From positions 1 through 45,852 of the forward strand of contig CAZYAC010000001.1 of the NCBI GenBank assembly GCA_964645475.1: 45,852 bases of DNA. The letters run 5' to 3'. This DNA comes from an uncultured Saprospiraceae bacterium. Its GTDB lineage: Bacteria; Bacteroidota; Bacteroidia; Chitinophagales; Saprospiraceae. Positions 10,148-18,334 of this stretch are shown here, in pieces; position 1 is the stretch's first letter; every line of letters starts with the position of its first letter. Made by a program: the position numbers and the translations under genes. The notes beneath the pieces are model-generated. The model did no database searches. It saw only the letters and a list, made by a program, of their open reading frames with translations, and had not been told where the DNA came from.

Positions 10148-10608
10148 CTATTTGTTATAGGATGCGATCATTGCTCTTTCCTCTTTAGTCGGGGCTACGT
10201 ATTGATGCTTTCGTTCGTGAGGAATATGTCTACTTTTTAGTTCATGTTTTGCTAAAAACTGTACTACATCTTCATGAAAATTGTCAAAAGACAATACCGC
10301 ATAAAATAAATTTAGATTTTCATTAGCTTTTACCAGCGTATTTTGGTTAGGGGTTTGATCTATTGCTCCTGTAAAATATCGACAGGCACAGTTGTTGGCT
10401 TCCCAACAATTTTGTAAAAAGAAGTACCTCCGGTTTTGGGAATATGAACAAACGCAATTTCTGATTGATTAAACTTAAATTGATTGTCGTGATACCCGTT
10501 AACACTAAAAATATTCTTCCAATAGTAATCAGTTTGAAAAATATGATCTATTATTCTCAAAGATGATCTAGAAACACTTCTTTTGACCCTTGCTAAATAT
10601 TTTCTCAT
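10148..10608 (-). pseudogene. Degraded family-2 sulfotransferase (frameshift plus internal deletion)
   Basis: The 82-aa ORF carries the 5'-PSB motif FVHIPKTGGTSF and then stops. A +2 frame continues as NNCACRYFTGAIDQTPNQNTLVKANENLNLFYAVLSFDNFHEDVVQFLAKHELKSRHIPHERKHQYVAPTKEERAMIASYNK*, which looks like the C-terminal third of the same family. About 100 aa between the motifs, including the 3'-PB region, are missing. Confidence 0.6.
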
Positions 10609-10613
10609 TTTAA

Positions 10614-11546
10614 CTATTTAGGTCGTTTAGAAATCTCTACTTTTTCTATTCCTGGATACGTTGGAGATTTTACCACTAAAATTCCATCCCAACTAAAACT
10701 CTCATCTACATTTGCATCCGCTATCAAATCAAAATTATACTCGTTTAGCAGCAATTTTTTGCAGTCATTATGCAGTTCATTAGAGTGCGTAGAAATAAAA
10801 ATGTATCCTACTTTATTTTCAGATAATAGTTTCTTAGCCCCATGTAACATAGCCAGTTCAAATCCTTGTATATCTGAGTGCAAAATATCGATGAAATTAA
10901 TTTTATTTCGATGACAAATCATATCAACTGTCAATACATTTTCTTTTTTATTTTCTTGATCACTTATTTTTCCTTGAATAAAAGTCCCTTTCATTTTATT
11001 GATGACAAAATTCCGTTTGCCGTAATATAAATTTTCTCTATTGGGTTCGACCATGTAACAATTAGCGGTAGGAAATAACTGCTGAAACCACATGGAATAA
11101 AAAGACCAATAAGCTCCTAATTCTAACATCGTTTTTTCTTTGTTATTTATACGCTTGAGTACTTCTTGAAAAATTTTTTCTTCTTGTGGTTCATGTACGC
11201 CTTTATTATCAATGAGCATTTGCAGCAATGGAAAACTATAATAGCTCATCGGGTCTATTTTTATACCATTATGCATAATTAAGTTGCCATTGATAATTTG
11301 TCCTGCCTTATCAACCCTATCAATATCTTTGTTATCAGGAGCATTTAATACATTTTCTACTCGAGATTGCCAATAGCTTCTTTTTTCTTCATTCAGTTCA
11401 TCCAGCAGATTATCATTTGTACTTAACAGTCGATTGAGTCGTTTTCTTTTTTTTACAGCAAGTTTATTAAAATAATGGCTGAACAAAAATTCAGGAGAAG
11501 AACTACTGTACAGGTATTTTTTAAATTTATTTTTTATACTTAACAT
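10614..11546 (-). CDS. FkbM-like methyltransferase with N-terminal extension
   Basis: MLELGAYWSFYS (SAM-binding glycine-rich loop), MVEPN, and ILHSDIQGFELAML (D-x-x-G-x-E FkbM block). Confidence 0.6.
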   Translation of the reverse strand: MLSIKNKFKKYLYSSSSPEFLFSHYFNKLAVKKRKRLNRLLSTNDNLLDELNEEKRSYWQSRVENVLNAPDNKDIDRVDKAGQIINGNLIMHNGIKIDPMSYYSFPLLQMLIDNKGVHEPQEEKIFQEVLKRINNKEKTMLELGAYWSFYSMWFQQLFPTANCYMVEPNRENLYYGKRNFVINKMKGTFIQGKISDQENKKENVLTVDMICHRNKINFIDILHSDIQGFELAMLHGAKKLLSENKVGYIFISTHSNELHNDCKKLLLNEYNFDLIADANVDESFSWDGILVVKSPTYPGIEKVEISKRPK

Positions 11547-11570
11547 TTTTTATGTCTTTAGGGAATGAAT

Positions 11571-11981
11571 TTAATTCTTGTAAATAAAAATACCATTTCC
11601 CCACAGTTCAATACCTTTTGATGAAGAGTTCAAAAAGGAATTCGTTGCAGCAAAATTATTGACATTAAACGCAACATCACCATCTCGATTACCCAGCGCG
11701 ATATTGAATGCCTTTATATTTTTAAAATCAGATGTTTTTGATTCTAACAAGCTGTAAGAATCTTCAAAAGGTTCAAAACTATAAATTTCACATTTACCAT
11801 CTAAAGAATGATGATATTCCAAAGCAGTATCTCCATCATATGCACCAACATCAAAAATAATGTTCCGTCGATTTAGATTTAGCAAATTCTTCTGAGTCTC
11901 AAAAACAAGGTTTCTTTTAGTTCGATACTTCGAGATTTGATATCCACTTTTATTAAGAATTTTATTAATTATTTTTTTCAT
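11571..11981 (-). CDS. Truncated FkbM-family methyltransferase (N-terminal half only, about 136 aa)
   Basis: IIFDVGAYDGDTALEY...IYSFEPFEDSYSLL...NIALGNRDGDVAF is the FkbM N-terminal half. The ORF stops before the K-I-D-x-E-G block. The likely start is MKKIINK at 11981, in an ATGA overlap with the wzy stop. Confidence 0.55.
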   Translation of the reverse strand: MKKIINKILNKSGYQISKYRTKRNLVFETQKNLLNLNRRNIIFDVGAYDGDTALEYHHSLDGKCEIYSFEPFEDSYSLLESKTSDFKNIKAFNIALGNRDGDVAFNVNNFAATNSFLNSSSKGIELWGNGIFIYKN

Positions 11982-13234
11982 AAATAATGTTTTGTCGTAA
12001 ACATCAGTAAAAACCAATATAATTGATGCTGAAAATTTTCTGCAGCTAAGCCAAAAATAATAATGCATACAAAAAAAGTGAAGTTGAATTGAGCTAAAAG
12101 TATTTCATCATCATCTTCGGTAGGATAAGTAAGCCTCTGAAATATCCTTAATACTGTAAAAAAGAGAAAAGCAATATACAATACTAAACTAGGCAATCCA
12201 TAATCTGCCAGTATGGCTAAATAGTCATTGTGTGGAGATAAATAATATCCACGATTTACTATTTCCAGAATCAATTTATTAGGCTCATCACTAAAATAGT
12301 GGACAAAATTTGCCTTAAACTGACCAATCCCCATCCCCATATAACCTTTATCTTCAAGTGCTCTGAATAGGCCACTCCATATCGTAAATCGAACATCGTT
12401 TTCTCCTTCATTTAATTTTTTATCAATCCGTTCTAATAAAAGCACTCTTACTCCAATTGAACTTTGATTTATTTGCCTTGATAAAAGCAGTAAAACAACA
12501 ACAAGGCTTAGAATGAAAATGGAAAATTTTCGTTTTGTACTTGCAAAAAATAAAACAAATACATTGGCGACTAAGAACATTACAAATCCTGTACGGCTTC
12601 CCGTAATTCCGAATGTATAGATCATAAATAAGATTACGATTAAATATAATATCCGGTAAAAGAACTTGATTTTAAAATTAGTTTTCAACAGCAAAAAAGT
12701 GGTTCCTGCTACTAAGCCAAAAGCTACATAATTAGGATTGTCTGTAAATCCTGCTTGCCGACCATACTGAAAATTAAGTAGAAATTTGATAAATGTATAA
12801 GATGCATTTACGATTAGACCAGCAACAAAGAAATAAAATATTTTTAGTCCCTGCTTTTTGGATATAGGAATAGATTTAAAAACAAAGAAAGTAGCTAAAT
12901 GTAGTCCTGCCTGAAATAAGTCATTGAGAAATAGCCCCATATTAAATAGGCCTCCTATTATTCGAATTAGGGAGATAATTATCCCATAGGTAAATATTCC
13001 GTACAGCAACCAGTCTGTGTTATTCCTTGGATCTAAATGCAAACCTTTGGTTAATACTCGTATCCCAAAAACACCAATAATCAGGATAGATAAAATCCTA
13101 AATGGTTTGAAAATAGTATCTATGCCAAAAAGTACTTCTAAAACTAACTCAAAAGGCATAGAAAATGCATAGGCACAAAACAAGGTAAACAATACCTTGT
13201 CTAAATCAATTGATATGACCTTAGCGTTTAGCAT
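11978..13234 (-). CDS. wzy: O-antigen polymerase/ligase-like (Wzy_C) multi-pass membrane protein
   Basis: About 10 hydrophobic segments. GITGSRTGFVMFLVA resembles the Wzy_C core, and there is a large loop before the last TM segments. Confidence 0.65.
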   Translation of the reverse strand: MLNAKVISIDLDKVLFTLFCAYAFSMPFELVLEVLFGIDTIFKPFRILSILIIGVFGIRVLTKGLHLDPRNNTDWLLYGIFTYGIIISLIRIIGGLFNMGLFLNDLFQAGLHLATFFVFKSIPISKKQGLKIFYFFVAGLIVNASYTFIKFLLNFQYGRQAGFTDNPNYVAFGLVAGTTFLLLKTNFKIKFFYRILYLIVILFMIYTFGITGSRTGFVMFLVANVFVLFFASTKRKFSIFILSLVVVLLLLSRQINQSSIGVRVLLLERIDKKLNEGENDVRFTIWSGLFRALEDKGYMGMGIGQFKANFVHYFSDEPNKLILEIVNRGYYLSPHNDYLAILADYGLPSLVLYIAFLFFTVLRIFQRLTYPTEDDDEILLAQFNFTFFVCIIIFGLAAENFQHQLYWFLLMFTTKHYL

Positions 13235-14675
13235 ATACCACTTCTATTTTTTCTACTATTTCTTGCATGGCCACTATAACTCTATCAGTAGATTTACCAT
13301 CCTTACTAAAACATTCATTTTCTAAGGCATTCGTTCGTTCTGCTATTCTAAAATTCGGATTTTCTAAATATCGTAAAATACTTTCCTCTAATTTTTCATA
13401 AGAATGTACTACCTCGGCACCACCCATTTCTACAAATTTCTTTTGGTGTGGGTAGTCCACCAATCGACGAGCAGACTTCCAATAGTATAAATTTTTGTCT
13501 CCATCAAAAGAAGTCAATATCACCGGCTTGTCCATCATCAAAGCATCTATGGATACCGTCGACCCCGAGTTGAGGCAAATTCTACAACCTGCCAACAAGT
13601 TAGATAGATGATCCATATCTCTTTTATGCATACTCCACCTGACTTTACTTTTCACTAATTGAGGATAATCTACTGCCACCCGTTTATCCATTAAATCATC
13701 TAATCTTTTAATCCATTTTTTATCCGCTAGGCTTCCTTGTACATTCTGAGGATGGGGTCGAATAATTAACTGTAATTCTCTCCCAAATTTATTTTCATTA
13801 ATTGCTTTTGCTAACCACTCAACGATATCAATTTCGTGTGGAGCAAAACGAGGAGAACTCATGGCGACAAATAGATAAGGAAGCGCAGGGTTTAAGCCGA
13901 GTTTAGTGACTAAATTTTTATAATTGGGCGATTGTTTTATCTTAATATGATGATCAAAATGAGGTACGCCACAAATATGTATTCGGTCATCATCCGTCCC
14001 ATAATACTCCTTTAATTCATTATACATCACCTTTCCCCATACGATAAATCGATCAGGAATAACTGGAAAAATTCCCTTGCTGGTTATATTGTCCCAACTT
14101 AATAAATGTATCAAAGTAGAGATTCCTGCTTGTTTAGCAGCATATAAAAATTTGGCTTCTAAAAAATTAATAGGATAGGTAGAAACGACCAAACGGGGAT
14201 TGATTTCTTGGAGTAATTCGGTCGCTCTTTTTGACACTAAATACTTTTTTTCTTTGGCTTTAAATCGTCTGCGTATACTCGGAAAATGAGGAATTAATCG
14301 GTGAATTGGGTAATAAATAAAAGGTCGTATTCGCTTCCAAGGATGTTTTGAATCTGTGTATAAAATACTGTACAAATGCTTTTCCCAAAACACGGGATTA
14401 CTTTTGATATCTTCAAGATAATATATTCGCTTTACACCGTAATCATCATCCCATATTGTTTGAGAAATTTTGGCATCATAAACCTGAATATTACTATGTT
14501 GACTGAGGTTTTGAAAATTAGCATCAGTGGCATCAGGCGTAATGATGGCGATCTTTTTGCCACGATCAGCAAGCTGTAAAATCAGTCCTGTTTGCAACAA
14601 CATTCGAGCTGCAAAACCATGCGATATTACATAGCAGATATCTATACGCTTTGGGTTAGCATTCATTATTGGCAT
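13221..14675 (-). CDS. Uncharacterised GT-B-like transferase; candidate nonulosonic-acid (sialyl) or glycerophospho-type transferase
   Basis: It overlaps neuA by 20 nt. It contains IIRPHPQN (an HP motif as in bacterial sialyl/Kdo/glycerophosphotransferases) and a later LNSGSTVSIDALMMDKPVI. No firm family recognised by eye. Confidence 0.35.
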   Translation of the reverse strand: MPIMNANPKRIDICYVISHGFAARMLLQTGLILQLADRGKKIAIITPDATDANFQNLSQHSNIQVYDAKISQTIWDDDYGVKRIYYLEDIKSNPVFWEKHLYSILYTDSKHPWKRIRPFIYYPIHRLIPHFPSIRRRFKAKEKKYLVSKRATELLQEINPRLVVSTYPINFLEAKFLYAAKQAGISTLIHLLSWDNITSKGIFPVIPDRFIVWGKVMYNELKEYYGTDDDRIHICGVPHFDHHIKIKQSPNYKNLVTKLGLNPALPYLFVAMSSPRFAPHEIDIVEWLAKAINENKFGRELQLIIRPHPQNVQGSLADKKWIKRLDDLMDKRVAVDYPQLVKSKVRWSMHKRDMDHLSNLLAGCRICLNSGSTVSIDALMMDKPVILTSFDGDKNLYYWKSARRLVDYPHQKKFVEMGGAEVVHSYEKLEESILRYLENPNFRIAERTNALENECFSKDGKSTDRVIVAMQEIVEKIEVVYAKR

Positions 14676-15354
14676 AATTACTTGCTGCGGTCCAATCGTC
14701 CATAGTATCTATATTGATGTCAGGTGAACGTTTCATAAGGTGATGAATAATTTTGTTTCCATACAAAGATTTTTGCGTTTGAACTACGTTTGATTTTGTA
14801 ATATAAATTGAACCATCTCTATGATAAGCGGATGGTAAATCTTGTCTTCTAGTAATAATCTGTTCAGCGCTAACTGCTAGTTTTAAAAATCCAGTTTGGG
14901 GGTCTTGCTCGTATATCCAATACGGATTGTAGATATGCGGAACTTCTCGTACCGAAATTAACGAGTCTGCTTTTGCGTTTATAAATTTTTGAATCGCCTC
15001 ATTGATATCTTCTGGATTTCGAAATGGGACCGTTGGTTGTAATAAGCATACTGCATCATAAAATTGATTGTCTTTTTCAAAGAAAGAAAGTGCATGCATC
15101 ACCGTATCTATCGTCGGAGAATGATCAGCCGCTAAATGAGCAGGTCGTATAAATGGAACAGATGCGCCAAGAGATTTGCTTAGCGCTGCAATGGCATCAT
15201 CATCCGTTGTGACGACTACCTGATCTAATAAAGAACAGGCCAACGCAGACTCAATGGAATAAGCGATTAAAGCTTTTCCATGGAGGAGTTTTATGTTTTT
15301 TCGAGGTATCCCTTTTGATCCACCTCTAGCAGGTATGAGTCCTAAAATGCGCAT
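14656..15354 (-). CDS. neuA: CMP-N-acylneuraminate cytidylyltransferase
   Basis: GLIPARGGSKGIPRKNIKLLHGKALIAYSI is the canonical CMP-NeuAc/Kdo synthetase N-terminus. Confidence 0.85.
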   Translation of the reverse strand: MRILGLIPARGGSKGIPRKNIKLLHGKALIAYSIESALACSLLDQVVVTTDDDAIAALSKSLGASVPFIRPAHLAADHSPTIDTVMHALSFFEKDNQFYDAVCLLQPTVPFRNPEDINEAIQKFINAKADSLISVREVPHIYNPYWIYEQDPQTGFLKLAVSAEQIITRRQDLPSAYHRDGSIYITKSNVVQTQKSLYGNKIIHHLMKRSPDINIDTMDDWTAASNYANNEC

Positions 15355-15359
15355 CTAGT

Positions 15360-16130
15360 TTATTTCGTACTATGAAAAAAATCACTTCCCAATAAATTGT
15401 ATTTCCCTAATCGTTCCTCTCTCAGTTCTAGTGTGGTCACATCTCCTATCCTATCCCAATTTATTTCATATTCTCTTTTTAGATTATTTTTTAAAAAGCG
15501 AACATTATTGGTTCTTCCATCGACTAAAATAAAAGTGCCGGGCAATAAAATGGGTTCCATCAATAATAGGTCTCCTGACATGACAGTTCGTTCAGCACAT
15601 TGAAAACTCATTCCATTAATGGAACCTTCCACATCTTTGGGGTCGGGGCCATCGAGATAAATAAAATCGGGAACAATGTCTGGTATGTTTTTATAAAAAT
15701 GGCATAACTGACCATTATGTGTTCCTATTTCAACCTTACTATATTGAATCTTGACAAAATCTTTTAACGCTTCCGGTAATCTTTCTTTAGAAACAGCGAT
15801 CCATTTTTCAGAAGTATCTACAGAAAAACATTGAAATTGAAACCGATTGCGAATTTTTGGTGGAGGGCTGAGTGTCTCCCAATCCAATTTATTTTTCAAT
15901 AAGGCATCCGCAATAATAACGGTGGAATATCCCACGCCAAATTCTAAGACCGTAAAACTTTTTCTTCTTCTAATCAATTGGTGAAGTCGAACCAAATCAG
16001 TTTGATCAATTGCAATGGCCGTTTCTGTAGTATTAGATGTTTTATCTTGACTGTTTTGCAGATCAAATTGAGGAAAATATTTTCCAAGTTGTTCTTTATT
16101 CCAATAATCTATAATTTCTTTTTTGATCAT
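15360..16130 (-). CDS. Probable class I SAM-dependent methyltransferase embedded in the neu cassette
   Basis: VLEFGVGYSTVIIA (motif I-like) and IYLDGPDP (post-I/II acidic motif). The family call is tentative. Confidence 0.4.
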   Translation of the reverse strand: MIKKEIIDYWNKEQLGKYFPQFDLQNSQDKTSNTTETAIAIDQTDLVRLHQLIRRRKSFTVLEFGVGYSTVIIADALLKNKLDWETLSPPPKIRNRFQFQCFSVDTSEKWIAVSKERLPEALKDFVKIQYSKVEIGTHNGQLCHFYKNIPDIVPDFIYLDGPDPKDVEGSINGMSFQCAERTVMSGDLLLMEPILLPGTFILVDGRTNNVRFLKNNLKREYEINWDRIGDVTTLELREERLGKYNLLGSDFFHSTK

Positions 16131-16153
16131 CGTCTGTTTAGTTTAATCCGCTA

Positions 16154-17311
16154 TTAATAGGTCAAGATTTTAGTATAAGTGAGTGGGATATGCGCTAATA
16201 GGTCGGCAATTTTAAGACCTGCATCTCCTTGCCCATATATTTGATCACTAGGATAATTACCATGTTCTATTTGTTTCAAAATGGCCTCTTTGATTTGTTC
16301 TTTATCATAAATGACATCAGAAACATTCGCACCTCGTTCTCGGCCATTTTGTCGTGATCCAATATTGACTACGGGAACTCCGATATAGGCAGATTCTCGA
16401 ATACCAACACTCGAATTTCCGATGAGACATTGGCTATTTTTTAATACCCTCAAAAAATCATGAGGAGACATATTTTTAAAAAAGTGTATTTTCTGGAGGT
16501 CATTATTTTCTCTGAAAGACCGGATGGCATTTGAGGTACCATCCGAACCAGCATCTACATTTGGCCAGAACCAAAAAGTTGGGATTTCCAATTCATAGAC
16601 TGCTTGCAAAGTTTCTTTGACCTGTTTTCTTGACTGTTCATATTCTGTGGTAACAGGATGCTGCATGACCATAATATATCCTTGGGAAATGTCTGGTTTT
16701 TCACCTACACCACCATATTTTTCATAAGGACTGAAATTGAGTATTCCATTTAGATGAATATCGTGTGCTAGGTCAATAGAAGGGCAACCGGTCATAAAGA
16801 CGCTATCTGCTTGTTCTCCCATTTTTAGCACTCGTTCTTTAGATTTTTCAGAAGCTACAAAATGAATATCTGCTAACTTGGTAATAGCATGTCGAACTTT
16901 TTCATCAATATTTCCTGTTACCTCTCCCCCTTGTACATGCACTAAAGGAATATTTAGATAAGTAGCCGCAATAGCAGTAGACATGGTTTCAAAACGATCA
17001 GCAACGGTAACCACTGCATCGGGTTTTAAATTTTCGAAAACATTGGTTAACTCAATAATTCCTAATCCGGTCGTTTTTGCTTGTGCCGCTAAGTTTCCGC
17101 CTTCTAGTACATTAAAGACTTTAGCAGCTATTTCAAAACCATCTCGCTCTATATATTTTACAGCAGTACCATATCGACCTAATAAAGCAGAAGCAGCTAC
17201 AACTAGTAACAGTTCTAAATCAGGATGTTCTTGAATTGCTTTCAAGGCTGACTTTATCCTACTATAACTAGGACGAGCAGTAACAACTACACAAATTTTT
17301 CTTTTTGACAT
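16154..17311 (-). CDS. neuC: UDP-N-acetylglucosamine 2-epimerase (hydrolysing)
   Basis: KICVVVTARPSYSRIK, VHVQGGEVTG and GNSSVGIRE are NeuC/SiaA-type epimerase motifs. Confidence 0.85.
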   Translation of the reverse strand: MSKRKICVVVTARPSYSRIKSALKAIQEHPDLELLLVVAASALLGRYGTAVKYIERDGFEIAAKVFNVLEGGNLAAQAKTTGLGIIELTNVFENLKPDAVVTVADRFETMSTAIAATYLNIPLVHVQGGEVTGNIDEKVRHAITKLADIHFVASEKSKERVLKMGEQADSVFMTGCPSIDLAHDIHLNGILNFSPYEKYGGVGEKPDISQGYIMVMQHPVTTEYEQSRKQVKETLQAVYELEIPTFWFWPNVDAGSDGTSNAIRSFRENNDLQKIHFFKNMSPHDFLRVLKNSQCLIGNSSVGIRESAYIGVPVVNIGSRQNGRERGANVSDVIYDKEQIKEAILKQIEHGNYPSDQIYGQGDAGLKIADLLAHIPLTYTKILTY

Positions 17312-17320
17312 TTTTGCTTT

Positions 17321-18334
17321 TTAAACTAAATCTTCTGCTTTCAAAAAGTCGTACTTCGACTTCGCTACTTTTAGTTTTTTACCAAGAATATTTTTGAATT
17401 CATTGGCTGAAATTCCTTGTTGAGCAGGTTTTTTTGCTTCCAGGTCATGGAAAGTAATTTCGTGTCCTGCGGGCAGATTTTTATTAACTGCTAACGTTTT
17501 TTCAAATATTTTTTTCAATCCCAAATAAGGACTTAGATCATTTTTATCAATTGGATGCTGTAATGCTTTTTCCAAAAATCGGACAGAACGAACGAGCGCT
17601 GCTACTTCATCAATGGTTAAAGAAGAAGAGGCATCTGGCCCAAACATTCTACGATCAAAAACGGTATGAAATTCTAATATTTCAGCACCTAGAGCAACAG
17701 CGGCAATGCCCGTAGCTACTTGGCTGGTATGCTCTGAAAGACCAATACCGACTCCAGGATACCGTTGTTTCATTTCACCAATTACGTTGAGTCCTATCCG
17801 TTCTGGAGGCGTTGGATAACTGGTCGTACATTGTAGGATACTTAGCTTGTTTCCAAAGGTTTGAATAAGTTGGACAGCTGCATCTAATTCTTCAAACGAA
17901 CACATCCCTGAGGATAAAATAATAGGTTTCCCTGTTTTTGCAATTTTCTCTAAAATCAAAAAATTAGTTACTTCTCCCGAACCAATTTTATATTGGTTGA
18001 TTCCAATAGATTCTAATAAGTCAACTGCAGCTAAAGAGAATGGAGAAGACAAGAATTCTAGGTTCTTTTCTTCACAATGTTTTTTTATTCCAATCCATTG
18101 CTCTTTGGTAAATGACATTCGATCCCAATAAGCATAGCGCGTATCGTCTTCGTAAGAAAAATTGATTCTAAAAGGTTCTTCCAAACTACTTTCTGCCGCT
18201 GCTATATGGGTTTGAAATTTAATAGCATCGACTCCTGTAGCTGCGACTGCGTCTATGTAAGAATGAAGTATCCCTAAGCTACCATCATGCGCTTGACCAA
18301 TTTCAGCAATAATAAATGTATTATTCTTCGACAT
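17321..18334 (-). CDS. neuB: N-acetylneuraminate (nonulosonate) synthase with C-terminal SAF domain
   Basis: FIIAEIGQAHDGS, AIKFQT and ILQCTSYPTP-like (LQCTTSYPTPP). I prefer the start MSKNNTF at 18334 over the track start 18376, which lies inside the wzc C-terminus. Confidence 0.9.
   Translation of the reverse strand: MSKNNTFIIAEIGQAHDGSLGILHSYIDAVAATGVDAIKFQTHIAAAESSLEEPFRINFSYEDDTRYAYWDRMSFTKEQWIGIKKHCEEKNLEFLSSPFSLAAVDLLESIGINQYKIGSGEVTNFLILEKIAKTGKPIILSSGMCSFEELDAAVQLIQTFGNKLSILQCTTSYPTPPERIGLNVIGEMKQRYPGVGIGLSEHTSQVATGIAAVALGAEILEFHTVFDRRMFGPDASSSLTIDEVAALVRSVRFLEKALQHPIDKNDLSPYLGLKKIFEKTLAVNKNLPAGHEITFHDLEAKKPAQQGISANEFKNILGKKLKVAKSKYDFLKAEDLV

Noticed and set aside
10360-10608. The 82-aa ORF taken as an intact small gene.
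   Set aside because: It carries only the PAPS-loop N-terminus of a sulfotransferase. The remainder of the family sequence continues in another frame, so I called the whole region a pseudogene instead.
14656-18334. Legionaminic or pseudaminic acid pathway instead of Neu5Ac.
   Set aside because: The window has no sugar 4,6-dehydratase, aminotransferase or N-acetyltransferase of the Pse/Leg routes, and NeuC + NeuB + NeuA alone suffice for Neu5Ac. Missing genes could lie outside the window, so this is not fully excluded.
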